The translations under genes and the position numbers were made by a program. Shown here one piece after another: positions 24,000-35,700 of a stretch of 64,000 bases of DNA. The DNA comes from Vitrella brassicaformis CCMP3155 (lineage: Eukaryota > Protista > Chromerida). Each line of letters begins with the position of its first letter. Position 1 is the stretch's first letter. The DNA is taken from the NCBI GenBank assembly GCA_001179505.1, contig CDMY01000400.1, positions 1 to 64,000 on the forward strand, read 5' to 3'. The notes below the pieces were generated by a model, which saw nothing but the letters and a program-made list of their open reading frames with translations, was not told where the DNA came from and searched no databases.

Positions 24000-24870
24000 C
24001 TACTCCCGGCGCAGGTGGCCACTGCAGCGGCCGTGGCAGTGGATGCAGCAGACGGGCTTGTTGGCGATCCACTGGAGGGTGCCCCTGGCGCAGCGGTGCT
24101 GGACGGGCGCGTGGTCGCACCTGATGCAGGTCTCCTCGTGTGGCTCGACACCCAACGGCGGCGGCAGCTCGTCGCCACGCTTGAACTCAAAGCCATCCGG
24201 ACACGAATGCCTGATCAACAGACACACACACACACACACACACACCCATGGGGACGGTGACGGGTGGACGAGCCCTTTCCCGTGTTGCGGTGCTTACAGT
24301 CTCGGTGCGAAGTGCTTGGCGACGCACTTGTCGCCGCTCGGTTGGTAGCCAAAGGGGCACCTGAAGTCAGCCGGGTGCGTATGGGTGATGACGGACACGT
24401 GGCGGTGCGCATCGAGAACGCCACGGGGGCAGTAGGGGTCGCGAGGGGCATACTGGATCCTGCCGGTGAAGGGGCACTTGGTGTGGCACTTGCTGCCGTC
24501 GGCTGTCAGCTGGTAGCCGAAGCGGCACCTGTACTCGGGAGGGCAGGTCTCCTCTGTGATGCAGGTGGTCCCCGACAGAGTGGCGTGGGGGTCCCTGCAG
24601 AAGGGAGTGCGGTTGGCGTACTGATACAGAACACACTGATTGCCCTCAACCACATAGCCCTGACGCACACACACATACACGCAGCCGATGCCTCATGACG
24701 TCCTACTGAGTGTGAGTGTTTGTGTACCTGTTTGGCGCAATAGTAGTGTGGCTCGTGGCGGAACGGCTTGGCGCACTTGTCGTCGAGATGCACGAAGCCG
24801 TGTGGGCACTCGGGGAGGGGGTCCTCTCGGATGGGACAGAAACCATTCTTGGCCGCTGCGAGGGGCACAC
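24000..24870 (-). CDS. OWP-like Cys-repeat protein, copy 2 (5' end lost in N gap)
   Basis: Near-identical to copy 3 with scattered differences (KHFAPRL vs KHFAERL, KCHT vs KCYT, DPYCP vs DPSCP); ends HLRRE*. Confidence 0.75.
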
Positions 24871-25266
24871 NNNNNNNNNNNNNNNNNNNNNNNNNNNNNN
24901 NNNNNNNNNNNNNNNNNNNNNNNNNNNNNNNNNNNNNNNNNNNNNNNNNNNNNNNNNNNNNNNNNNNNNNNNNNNNNNNNNNNNNNNNNNNNNNNNNNNN
25001 NNNNNNNNNNNNNNNNNNNNNNNNNNNNNNNNNNNNNNNNNNNNNNNNNNNNNNNNNNNNNNNNNNNNNNNNNNNNNNNNNNNNNNNNNNNNNNNNNNNN
25101 NNNNNNNNNNNNNNNNNNNNNNNNNNNNNNNNNNNNNNNNNNNNNNNNNNNNNNNNNNNNNNNNNNNNNNCCCCTCCCGGGCCCCACCAGAACAGTCACA
25201 CACACACACACACACACACTCAGACCTACATTCAGCGACAGAGCAGCGACAAACATGTCGCTGTGT

Positions 25267-26188
25267 CTACTCCCGGCGCAGGTGGCCACCGCAGCGGCCG
25301 TGGCAGTGGATGCAGCAGACGGGCTTGTTGGCGATCCACTGGAGGGTGCCCCTGGCGCAGCGGTGCTGGACGGGAGCGTGGTCGCACCTGATGCAGGTCT
25401 CCTCGTGTGGTCCGACACCCAACGGCGGCGGCAGCTCGTCGCCACGCTTGAACTCAAACCCATCCGGACACGAATGCCTGATCAACAGACACACACACAG
25501 AGACACACCCATGGGGACGGTGACGGGTGGACGAGCCCTTTCCCGTGTTGCGGTGCTTACAGTCTCTCTGCGAAGTGCTTGGCGACGCACTTGTCGCCGC
25601 TCGGGTGGTAGCCAAAGGGGCACCTGAAGTCAGCCGGGTGCGTACGGGTGATGACGCACACGTGGCGGTGCGCATCGAGAACGCCACGGGGGCAGGAGGG
25701 GTCGCGAGGGGCATACTGGATCCTGCCGGTGAAGGGGCACTTGGTGTAGCACTTGCTGCCGTCGGCTGTCAGCTGGTAGCCGAAGCGGCACCTGTACTCG
25801 GGAGGGCAGGTCTCCTCTGTGATGCACGTGGTCCCCGACAGAGTGGCGTGGGGGTCCCTGCAGAAGGGAGTGCGGTTGGCGTACTGATACAGAACACACT
25901 GATTGCCCTCAACCACATAGCCCTGACGCACACACACATACACGCAGCCGATGCCTCATGACGTCCTACTGAGTGTGAGTGTTTGTGTACCTGTTTGGCG
26001 CAATAGTAGTGTGGCTCGTGGCGGAATGGCTTGGCGCATTTGTCGTCGAGATGCACGAAGCCGTGTGGGCACTCGGGGAGGGGGTCCTCTCGGATGGGAC
26101 AGAAACCATTCTTGGCCGCTGCGAGGGGCACACAACAGGCCGCCAGGAGAGCCAGCACACACACCGCCACACCGCACTGGGAAATCAT
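25267..26188 (-). CDS. OWP-like Cys-repeat protein, copy 3
   Basis: Three exons: MISQCGVAVCVLALLAACCVPLAAAKNGFCPIRE...CPHGF...|GYVVEGNQC...CPFGY...KHFAERL|HSCPDGFEF...HLRRE*. Homologous to 4871-5809. Confidence 0.8.
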
Positions 26189-26551
26189 CTTTGTTCTTGT
26201 CGTTGCAGACAGGAGACCACTGAGGCAGGGATAAGAGAAGGTGGCACGGGAGAGAGGCAGGCGGACGCACAGAGAGATCTGAGTTCGGATGAATTATGAC
26301 GATGGCTGGAAGGATAGATAGAACGGACAGGGAGAGAGAGGCAAAACGGCGGGAGGGGGGAGAGGAGAAAAATCCCTCCCTCCATCCCTCCCTCCTACCC
26401 TACCCTTAGCCAAGGTATCGTCCCAGATCTTCACTTCCCACCTTCCAGCCTTCCTACTTCCCGCTTCCCTCGGCCTCTCTCTTGGCATCATCACCTTCAT
26501 CCTTCCTCGACGACTTGATCATCGCTCTCTATCGCCCTGTTATCGTCGGCA

Positions 26552-28457
26552 ATGGCTCAGCTTGCGGGAATCGTGTGGACTCTGCTGGTCGCCCTGTCCC
26601 TGGTGGCCAGTCAGCCCTCTGCAAACAAGACGCCCGTGGTTTCCTACAGCACATTCAGCCTGGTGAGTGATGGTGCCGCCAACGACCAGCCGAGTGTCCG
26701 TGCGCTCAGCAGTCCGCCACCGCGTCCAGCTGGTGCAGCTGGCATCCACCGCATAATCGTCAAGCTCAAGCACCCACACACCGAGGGCCTTGCCCGCGCC
26801 GAGACCATCTCGAGGGCACTGCAGGCCTCCCTGTCAGCCGAGACCACCGTGCACACGGCTGAGACGACGGTCCACCACCTCAACAGCTTGTCCATGGACG
26901 TGGTGGATCTGCCGCTAGGTGTCGATGCAGCGGCCACATGCGAGGCTGCCCTCCTGGCGTCGGATGAGATCGACATCTGCGAGCCGGATGCCGTTGTTGC
27001 GACGGCCTCTGGCCGCAGGCTGCGTGCCCGGGCAGCACAGGAGCCCAACCGCTTCGTGCCCGACGACCCAATCTTCAAGGAGCAGTGGGGGATGGCCAGC
27101 ATCGATATGCCCGAGGCGTGGGCCTTCCTGTCTGAGCAGCAGCAGGAGACGGCCAGTGGGGCCGACTCAGTGGGCAAAGGTACGGTGGTCGGGGTGATTG
27201 ACACCGGTGTCGACTACACCCATCCGGACCTCAAGGACGCCATGTGGGTCAATCAAGGCGAGATCGCTGGCAACGGCATCGATGACGACGGTAGGGATGC
27301 AGGGAGGGAGGGGGGGAGGGAGGGAGGAAGGGACATCCACACACACGATCTGCATGCATTCCTGGGTCTGTATGTGTCTGTGTGCAGGTAACGGCTTTGT
27401 TGATGACATTCACGGCTGGGCCTGGTGCGACGGATCCGAGAACCCGCACATTGGCGACGGCGATCCTATGGATGAGGGTGGCCATGGAACTCACTGTGCA
27501 GGTACCAGAACTCGCCCTCTCTCTTCGCATCATCACCTTGATCCTTCACCGACGACGTGATCACTGTGCAGGTACCATCGCAGCGACTGCCAACAACCAG
27601 GAGGGCATCGCAGGCGTCGCATTTGGCAGAACCAAGATCATAGCACTCAAATTCCTCTGCGGCGAGGTAAGTCGAATAACCATAGGGTCGCGGGGCGCTC
27701 AAATCACATGTCTGTGTGCCCCTACATCAGGATGGTCGGGGTTCCCTTGCTGACGCGGTCCACGCAATCAACTATGCCGTTGCCATGGGGGCCACGCTAA
27801 CAAGCAACAGCTGGGGCTACCTTGGGTCTACTGCATACAGGGCGCTCGAGGAGGCCATCAGGGAGGCAGAGGAGGCCGACATGCTGTTCATCGCCGCGGC
27901 TGGCAACGACGACAACGACAATGACGGCCCCAGGAAAGGCTACCCGGCATCATCTGAGCTGGACAGCATCATCAGCGTCGGCGCGGCGACTAGAAATGGA
28001 GAGAAGGCGCCCTTCAGCAACTACGGCCTCGAGAGCGTTGACGTCTTTGCGCCGGGGACGAGAATCTTCTCGACGATGCCCGGTGGCAAGTATGCGGCAA
28101 TGGGGGGCACCAGCATGGCAACGCCATTTGTCGCTGGTACGCAAGCACTGAGGACTGCTGTGTGATACCCATTAGACGATCCAATCGACTGTTGGTTTCT
28201 TTGTGACTTCAGGTTTGGCTGCCCTTCTGTGGTCGACGGATCCGGCGCAGAGCTATTGCGACATCAAGCATCGCATTCTGTCGACTTCCGAGAAGATGGA
28301 CTCGCTCGAGGGCCTGTGCGTCACGGGGGGCCAGATCAACGCACTGAAGGCCGTCACGTGTGCCGATTGCAAATGGACCCCCACGGAGGAGCCGACGGCG
28401 GCTCCGACGGAAGTTCCCACGCAGGAGCCTACGACGGAGGAGCCGAGTACCCCGTAA
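26552..28457 (+). CDS. Secreted subtilisin-like serine protease (S8) with propeptide and Thr/Glu/Pro-rich tail
   Basis: Signal peptide; pro-domain ending GRRLRARAAQ; catalytic triad motifs VVGVIDTGVDYTHPDL, GHGTHCAG|TIAA and GTSMATPFVAG; oxyanion AAAGND; tail PTEEPTAAPTEVPTQEPTTEEP. Confidence 0.95.
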
Positions 28458-29619
28458 GGGCCCCCACGGCTGGTTCGCTGACGAGAAGCTGCACTGACGG
28501 CCGGGGGGAAGACTGCCTGCCTGCCTGCCTGCCTGCTGTCTGTAGCGGCGGATATGTATGTGTGTGAATGTCTGCGGCATGTTGGTGTACTGGCTGCACT
28601 GTCTGTGCTGTGGTGTGGTGTGCTGTGCTCTAGCTTAGTAAGTGAGAGTCGTGTGTAGGTAGTTCTTCGTTCGTTCGTTCATTCGCTGGTCGGCCGGCAG
28701 CGCCGCGCCACTCACTGCCACTCAATGTCTCGCGCAGCCTAGTCGGCTGCATCTGCCCTTCGTTGTGTGTGAATGAAACAGCTCTCTCTCTCTGTGTCTC
28801 TCTCTCTGAATAGCTCTCTTTGTGAATACACTCGTACGTTAGTGCTGTGTTCATGTTCGTGCTTTGCCAAGCCGTCGGTGCACCGAGTTCTGACGCGATC
28901 CGACGTGAGCTGAGCGGCTTGTTGTCTGTGCATATATGTGCATGTGTGCTGCGATCTGATCATTGGCTGTATAAATTTGTCGATAGCAACTGACTGCACT
29001 GCACTGCACGCTGATCTGTGCATGTGTACACATTACACATGGGAGGGCGGGGTGGGGGATGGGACGGATAAGAGACCGACGAGAGACACATGCGCACCAC
29101 ATATACATACGTCAAGTGAATGATATCATATGATCTATCCAAATGAAAACGAAATTCGGCACTGAGGCGGCTTGACAGCATTAACACACAAACTTGGCCG
29201 GACATGCGCGCAGACGGCCCGTGCTGTCGTTCCATCCATCCATCGCCTGTTCCATGAAAGGACAGTGAGCGACGCACACAGTACAATATGCGCGTCAGAC
29301 AGGCAGACGGGCGAGTGAGTCAACATCAGCCAGAGGGTGGATCGGATCCATCGCCTCTTCTCTATCCCGTGAGGCGTCATCGCCAGCGCCCCTCGCTGCA
29401 CACGGGACAATAGAGAGACACGTGATAGCGAATCATCCCGAGGCGACGGGTTTATTGTCACAATCCGCCAAACCAAACAGACGTCTCTCTCCCTCCATGC
29501 CTTTCCCTCCTCCTCAGCCCATGTAGCTCTTTGCTGCAGGTCCAGCCGCAACTTTTGTCTGCAGTGGATCTCTGACCTCTGGGGCACCTCTCCACCCCTC
29601 CAGCAGGCACGCGACATCG

Positions 29620-30390
29620 CTCCACCACTGTCTCACACCATGGAATCAGACCTGTGCGCTCCCTTGGTTGATGTGTGTGTCGCTCGCTCTTTCTTTGTGC
29701 AGAGGAGGGCAGGGGCAGCTGGGCCGGGAAGGGTGGGGTGGGATACTTGGTTGATCTTTTGTCGGTTCACACATTCACGTGACAACAACTTGAGGTGGAC
29801 GATGAGCGAGGCCGTTACGTATTTGTGGTGACGATTCATGGTGAAGTGTCCGTTCCTTTGTGTCCCCCAGGTGTCCCCCCAGCGTGTCAGTCATGCGATG
29901 AAGAGAAACTCACTAGGCCGTCCCCTCCCACACGGAGCAGAAATCCACTACAAATGTACAACAAAGGGCACAGGTGCACTGCGAACTTTGCAGACAGACA
30001 GACAGGGCACTACCGACACACACATGTGCGTGACAGACAAATGACCGTTTGTGACGAATGTGTGGGTATGCATGTGGTGGCCATAATGATATCATGCCCA
30101 CCGCATCCACACCCACACCCACATCAGGCAACATCCACCCTCTCTCAGTCCAGAAAGCACACAAGCACACCACACCCATGATACCAACCCGGTGTTCCCC
30201 AGCCCCTGTCCCCTTCCCCACTTCCCCCACTCGTGTGTCTATTTACATGCTGAAGTCACACACATAACACAGTACACTGACAGGCAAAAGGCACACACAA
30301 CACCACACAACAAAAACTATGCAGTGCAGACGCATAACGCAAACAGCAAGACAGGCCAAGTGCTCTTCACACTTACGCAAACATGCACAC
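29620..30390 (-). repeat. Inverted copy of the 18050-18830 flank
   Basis: Reverse-complement matches to 18.05-18.83 kb; lies 3' of the paralogous peptide gene at 30515-31008. Confidence 0.9.
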
Positions 30391-30514
30391 ACAACACGCA
30401 ACAGGCATGCATTCATCTACAGACTTAATGAAAGAACAGTGACGACACATCGGAGGCAGACGAGTGCACAGACGGTGTGGGTCGGATCGAATCAGCTGAT
30501 TGGACCGAGACCTC

Positions 30515-31008
30515 TCAGTACCTCCGGAAGCCTGCACACATGTCCCGGACAGAGAGCTGCCCTGTGTCCTATGTGCTTCTGTCTCATCCCTTACATTTGT
30601 GGCGCCAGCAGCGATAGCCGGACCGGCAATGGCGGTCTTGACGACAATCATGAGGTCCTGCACAGCAAAAACCACAGAAGGGAGGGGTACGTGATGATGC
30701 TCACTCACTGTCGGGCCAGTCGTGGGTGCGTTGTGGTCGTGCTCACCCAGTGCACGCAGGTTGCCCGACGTCGCAGGCCCGTCCTTCTTCCCTTCATCCC
30801 TCTCATAGGTCTCAGGCTCATCGACCAGCAAGTCCTCTTGTTCATCCACAATCGTCAGGCCAATGTCAGATCCATCAACAGCAGCAGGAGGGGCAGCAGT
30901 AGTGGAAGCGGGAGCAGCAGCTGTGCTGGCCACCGTGGCTGAGGGCATCCACACCGCCACAAGCAGAGAGGCGAAGACAACCAGTGTCAGGCGCGAGAAG
31001 AGAGCCAT
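30515..31008 (-). CDS. Secreted prepro-peptide, single-module paralog of 16523-17951
   Basis: Exons 31008-30747, 30657-30595 and 30531-30515 (phase-1 introns): MALFSRLTLVVFASLLVAVWMPSAT...acidic...ATSGNLRAL-GPHDCRQDRHCRSGYRCWRHKCFRRY*. Confidence 0.85.
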
Positions 31009-31587
31009 GGACGCTGACGCCCAATCGAGAGCGGTTGAAAGAGAGAGAAGGGGGAACTGATTGATCCATCCCTCCTCCGCGCTCTAACTCTTCCGTGTAA
31101 CGAACGTGCATGCTTAACGGCAGCTCTTTCGTCCTCCTTCCCTCTCCCCACCTCCGGCTGAGCCTCGTGCACTGCTCGCAGCATCATCGTATAGAGAGAT
31201 CGGCGGCTTTGTCCTGTTGGTTCCACTCATCAAGGCAAACACGGAGGACAAGAAATCGAAACCTGTCCGCGGCCCCTGATCAAGAAGGAGGGCATATGTA
31301 ATCGACCGTCCCAGCGCATGGACACACGGACAATCTTACCCTTAACCACCACCACCCAGAAGGAGGGAGCCGTGTTATCGCTTGAAAGTGGTAGAGGAGT
31401 CAGGTTAAAAGGAACATTTAACCGTGTCTCGGCCCCACCCAATCACGGAAAAACAAGCGTATACACGTCTGTGTAGACAACGCACGCGTCTGTACAACGA
31501 AACGAAGATGCAGCAGCCAGCTGTATAGACGCCATGCCATGAGCGACCGACAAACACAAAACACACTCTCTCCGCCCACTTATTCTC

Positions 31588-32673
31588 TCAGGTACACTCC
31601 CCCCGCCACTGAACTGATTAGTCAGATGCGTATTCGTATCAGTCGGTGTCTCTTCTGTATCGTGGTGGTGTATGCTATGGGCGCCGTCTTGCTCACAGCT
31701 CGCCCTCCTTGGTCGACCCGCGGTGCTTGGCGACCGTCGAGTCGACTGATCACACCCACCCACCCACACACACATGCATATATATCCATGCGTCTGTACA
31801 TGTGTGTGGTGCGGTGTGCTGGTGTACGTGTGTACCTTGGATGCTGGCCGTGGCCCAAGGCCCGCGCTTTGGGAACTTGAGAGTATTCTCGGGCTGCATG
31901 TATCATCAAATGCACTTGCATACGCGCGTGAGTGTGTTTGTATGTACCCAGCAGTCGAGTTCTCCTTGAAAGATACCGCAGATGCAATCCTCAACATCGC
32001 CGCCGTGCTGTGTTGGCACACACACATGCATACACGATGCATCCATCTCAAAGAGAATTCCATCGCATACGCGCTGGAATTTGCCGCAGTGGGTGCCAAG
32101 GGTGTCCTGAGAACACTTTATCACGTCCGAGAACCCCCCCGGAAGCGGTGTAAAGCACCTGCCGCCCTGCGTATCTGCACTCGCCCGCAGGCATGAATGC
32201 ATTCAGAAGAGACGCATCTCTGTTCCTTTCGTCTGTGCGGTCATCCATCCATCCATCCATCCATCCACGTATACCTATCTGGGCGAAGGAGCCGTCCTCG
32301 TCAGTATTCTTGCTGTGCTTGGTGGCCGTGGAATCGACTGCACAGTGCAGAGACCCCACACATCATGCGCACATGCAGAAATCCATGACTCGCGTGTGCA
32401 CACCGTCACATGTGTATGGATCAGTCAGCGCTCCCTCACTCTCTTTGGTGCCGTCTTCTTCGGCGAATGCAGGTTCCGGAGGCACACAGTCGCCGGCAGG
32501 ACCCTCCGCCCAGCCGAGAGGACACTATAATCAACACAACAAGACCCCCATACGCGTGAATGCATTCGTCGGCCATCGAAACGTACCCGCATCTTGACGT
32601 CATGGGTTTTCGTGCCATCAGCGAGGCTCGCCAGGAACCCAGTGGCCAGCAGCACCACCACCAAACGCAACAT
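31588..32673 (-). CDS. Secreted Cys-containing protein of unknown function (about 8 exons)
   Basis: MLRLVVVLLATGFLASLADG signal peptide; exons CPLGWAEGPAGDCVPP, IDSTATKHSKNTDEDG, GRCFTPL...CSQD...HCGKFQR, HGGDVEDCICGIFQGELDCW, PENTLKFPKRGPW, VDSTVAKHRGSTKEGEL and QWRGECT* join in phase through GT-AG introns. Confidence 0.65.
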
Positions 32674-32796
32674 GGAGGAACCGAAAGCTGAAACCTTGGT
32701 AGACTGCGTTTACAAAAAGGGGTCGATCATCTATGGATCTCCGTCGGTTTCCGTCTTGATGTAGCCAAGTAGAGGTGTTGTCGTGCGTTGGAGAGG

Positions 32797-35700
32797 ATGG
32801 CGAGGAGGCAGCTCGAGCGCACATACAGGTCTTTCGGGGTGGCATGATGAATGCATCCGCCCGCGTGATGTGATGAATCTGTGGATCTGTTTGTGTGCAG
32901 GGAGGGCATGGCGCCCGAACAGCATATCGATGCTATGCGGGTGCGGACACACAGGCGCACGCACGCAGGAATGACGCACTTTCTTTACGGCGTGTGTGTG
33001 TGTGTGTGCAGGTGAAGCGTAAGGTTGGAGAGCCCCTTGAGAAGCTCAAGGAATTCTCTGAAATCATCAAGATGCTCAACGAGGGGTCTACGGGACTCGC
33101 AGAACGCGTAAGCATGTGCGTGTGCGTGTGTGCGTGTCTTTGGTGGAGATCTACCTGTGTCCAATTGTGCAGATCTATTCCGAGAATGATCATTGTGTCG
33201 AGGAACTGATACAGAACGTCCGGTGAGCTTGAAACCCACACACACGTGTACGCGCATGCGCACGACCGTCGTGTGTGCGGGTGGTGTGACGTATGAGTGG
33301 GCAGCGATGCGCAGCTGAGTCTTTCCGACGGCGAGCTCGGGGACCTGGACATCAGGCTGCTCAAAAGCGACCCGTTCAACGCCATGAATGGTAGACAAAT
33401 ACACGGAGGACGGCCATCTCCCATTTGTGTGTGTGTGTGTGTGTGTGTATGCAGTGAAGTTGATCGCCTCTGAGCAGAAGTGCGCATTCCCCCCAGACAA
33501 GAGTCTGAAGCAGGACAACGGCTGCCTCATCCTCGTAAGTAGCCNNNNNNNNNNNNNNNNNNNNNNNNNNNNNNNNNNNNNNNNNNNNNNNNNNNNNNNN
33601 NNNNNNNNNNNNNNNNNNNNNNNNNNNNNNNNNNNNNNNNNNNNNNNNNNNNNNNNNNNNNNNNNNNNNNNNNNNNNNNNNNNNNNNNNNNNNNNNNNNN
33701 NNNNNNNNNNNNNNNNNNNNNNNNNNNNNNNNNNNNNNNNNNNNNNNNNNNNNNNNNNNNNNNNNNNNNNNNNNNNNNNNNNNNNNNNNNNNNNNNNNNN
33801 NNNNNNNNNNNNNNNNNNNNNNNNNNNNNNNNNNNNNNNNNNNNCATACATTCGTCATGGCTTCAACTCATGGATGGATGGATGGATGGATGGATGCAGT
33901 GCTACAACGAGCGTGGTTTCCGCTGGCAAGATGTCGAGTCCATCTGCTTCATCGGCGAGTCCACCAAAAGGGTACCTACGTACCTCCACGCACGACACAC
34001 ATGACGCGGGCCACGAATGTGTACACGATGGGTATATATGGGTGGTGTGTGGATTGTCCATCGATGTGTGTAGGAGGGGAGCGGCAAGTTCGTTGGCGAG
34101 AAGGGCCAGGGCTTCAAGGCCGTCTTCAACATCGCCAAGTGAGCTGACCGGCCATTCGATTCATGTGTGCGTGGATCCATCCATCCATCCATCCATCCAT
34201 CTGTGTGTGTCTGTGTCCGTGTGTCCGTTGTCAGCTTCGCGTACGTGCTGTCGGACCAGCCTTCGTCGCAGTACTTCTTTCGGCTGCGCGAGCACAAACA
34301 CCCCCTGTGTGGCGTCAAGTACGTATGGCACCACAAACACCATACTCGCCCATGTGTGTGTACACATCCAAGCTGTGTGGGTATGGGCGAAGGTATATCG
34401 TCCCTGATTACCTGCCGCGCGCATCGCTGCCCGAGGAGGTCACGACCATCATGAAGGGGAGGTATGTGCCGATAGCAATCAATGTGTCCATGCACTCACA
34501 AATGAATTTGTGTCGCGTGTGGTGTTGCACATGCATACATTCGTCATGGCTTCAACTCATGGATGGATGGATGGATGGATGGATGCAGTGCTACAACGAG
34601 CGTGGTTTCCGCTGGCAAGATGTCGAGTCCATCTGCTTCATCGGCGAGTCCACCAAAAGGGTACCTACGTACCTCCACGCACGACACACATGACGCGGGC
34701 CACGAATGTGTACACGATGGGTATATATGGGTGGTGTGTGGATTGTCCATCGATGTGTGTAGGAGGGGAGCGGCAAGTTCGTTGGCGAGAAGGGCCAGGG
34801 CTTCAAGGCCGTCTTCAACATCGCCAAGTGAGCTGACCGGCCATTCGATTCATGTGTGCGTGGATCCATCCATCCATCCATCCATCCATCTGTGTGTGTC
34901 TGTGTCCGTGTGTCCGTTGTCAGCTTCGCGTACGTGCTGTCGGACCAGCCTTCGTCGCAGTACTTCTTTCGGCTGCGCGAGCACAAACACCCCCTGTGTG
35001 GCGTCAAGTACGTATGGCACCACAAACACCATACTCGCCCATGTGTGTGTACACATCCAAGCTGTGTGGGTATGGGCGAAGGTATATCGTCCCTGATTAC
35101 CTGCCGCGCGCATCGCTGCCCGAGGAGGTCACGACCATCATGAAGGGGAGGTATGTGCCGATAGCAATCAATGTGTCCATGCACTCACAAATGAATTTGT
35201 GTCGCGTGTGGTGTTGGTGTGTGTGTGTGCGTGGGGGGGGNNNNNNNNNNNNNNNNNNNNNNNNNNNNNNNNNNNNNNNNNNNNNNNNNNNNNNNNNNNN
35301 NNNNNNNNNNNNNNNNNNNNNNNNNNNNNNNNNNNNNNNNNNNNNNNNNNNNNNNNNNNNNNNNNNNNNNNNNNNNNNNNNNNNNNNNNNNNNNNNNNNN
35401 NNNNNNNNNNNNNNNNNNNNNNNNNNNNNNNNNNNNNNNNNNNNNNNNNNNNNNNNNNNNNNNNNNNNNNNNNNNNNNNNNNNNNNNNNNNNNNNNNNNN
35501 NNNNNNNNNNNNNNNNNNNNNNNNNNNNNNNNNNNNNNNNGGGGGGGGGGGGGGGGCATACCTGCACACAGGACGTGTTTGTGTCTGTCGATGAAGAAGG
35601 ACGACCGCATCGACGCGTACGACATCATACACAAGAAGATCGCCGAGGTGAGTGAGTGTGCCGCGCTGCTCCTCCACTCATCCACAGACACGACCATCTG

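Noticed and set aside
33845-35217. Tandem duplication of four ATPase exons as mutually exclusive splicing
   Set aside because: The copies look identical, both outer ends abut N gaps, and joining them breaks phase; most likely unmerged contig overlap.
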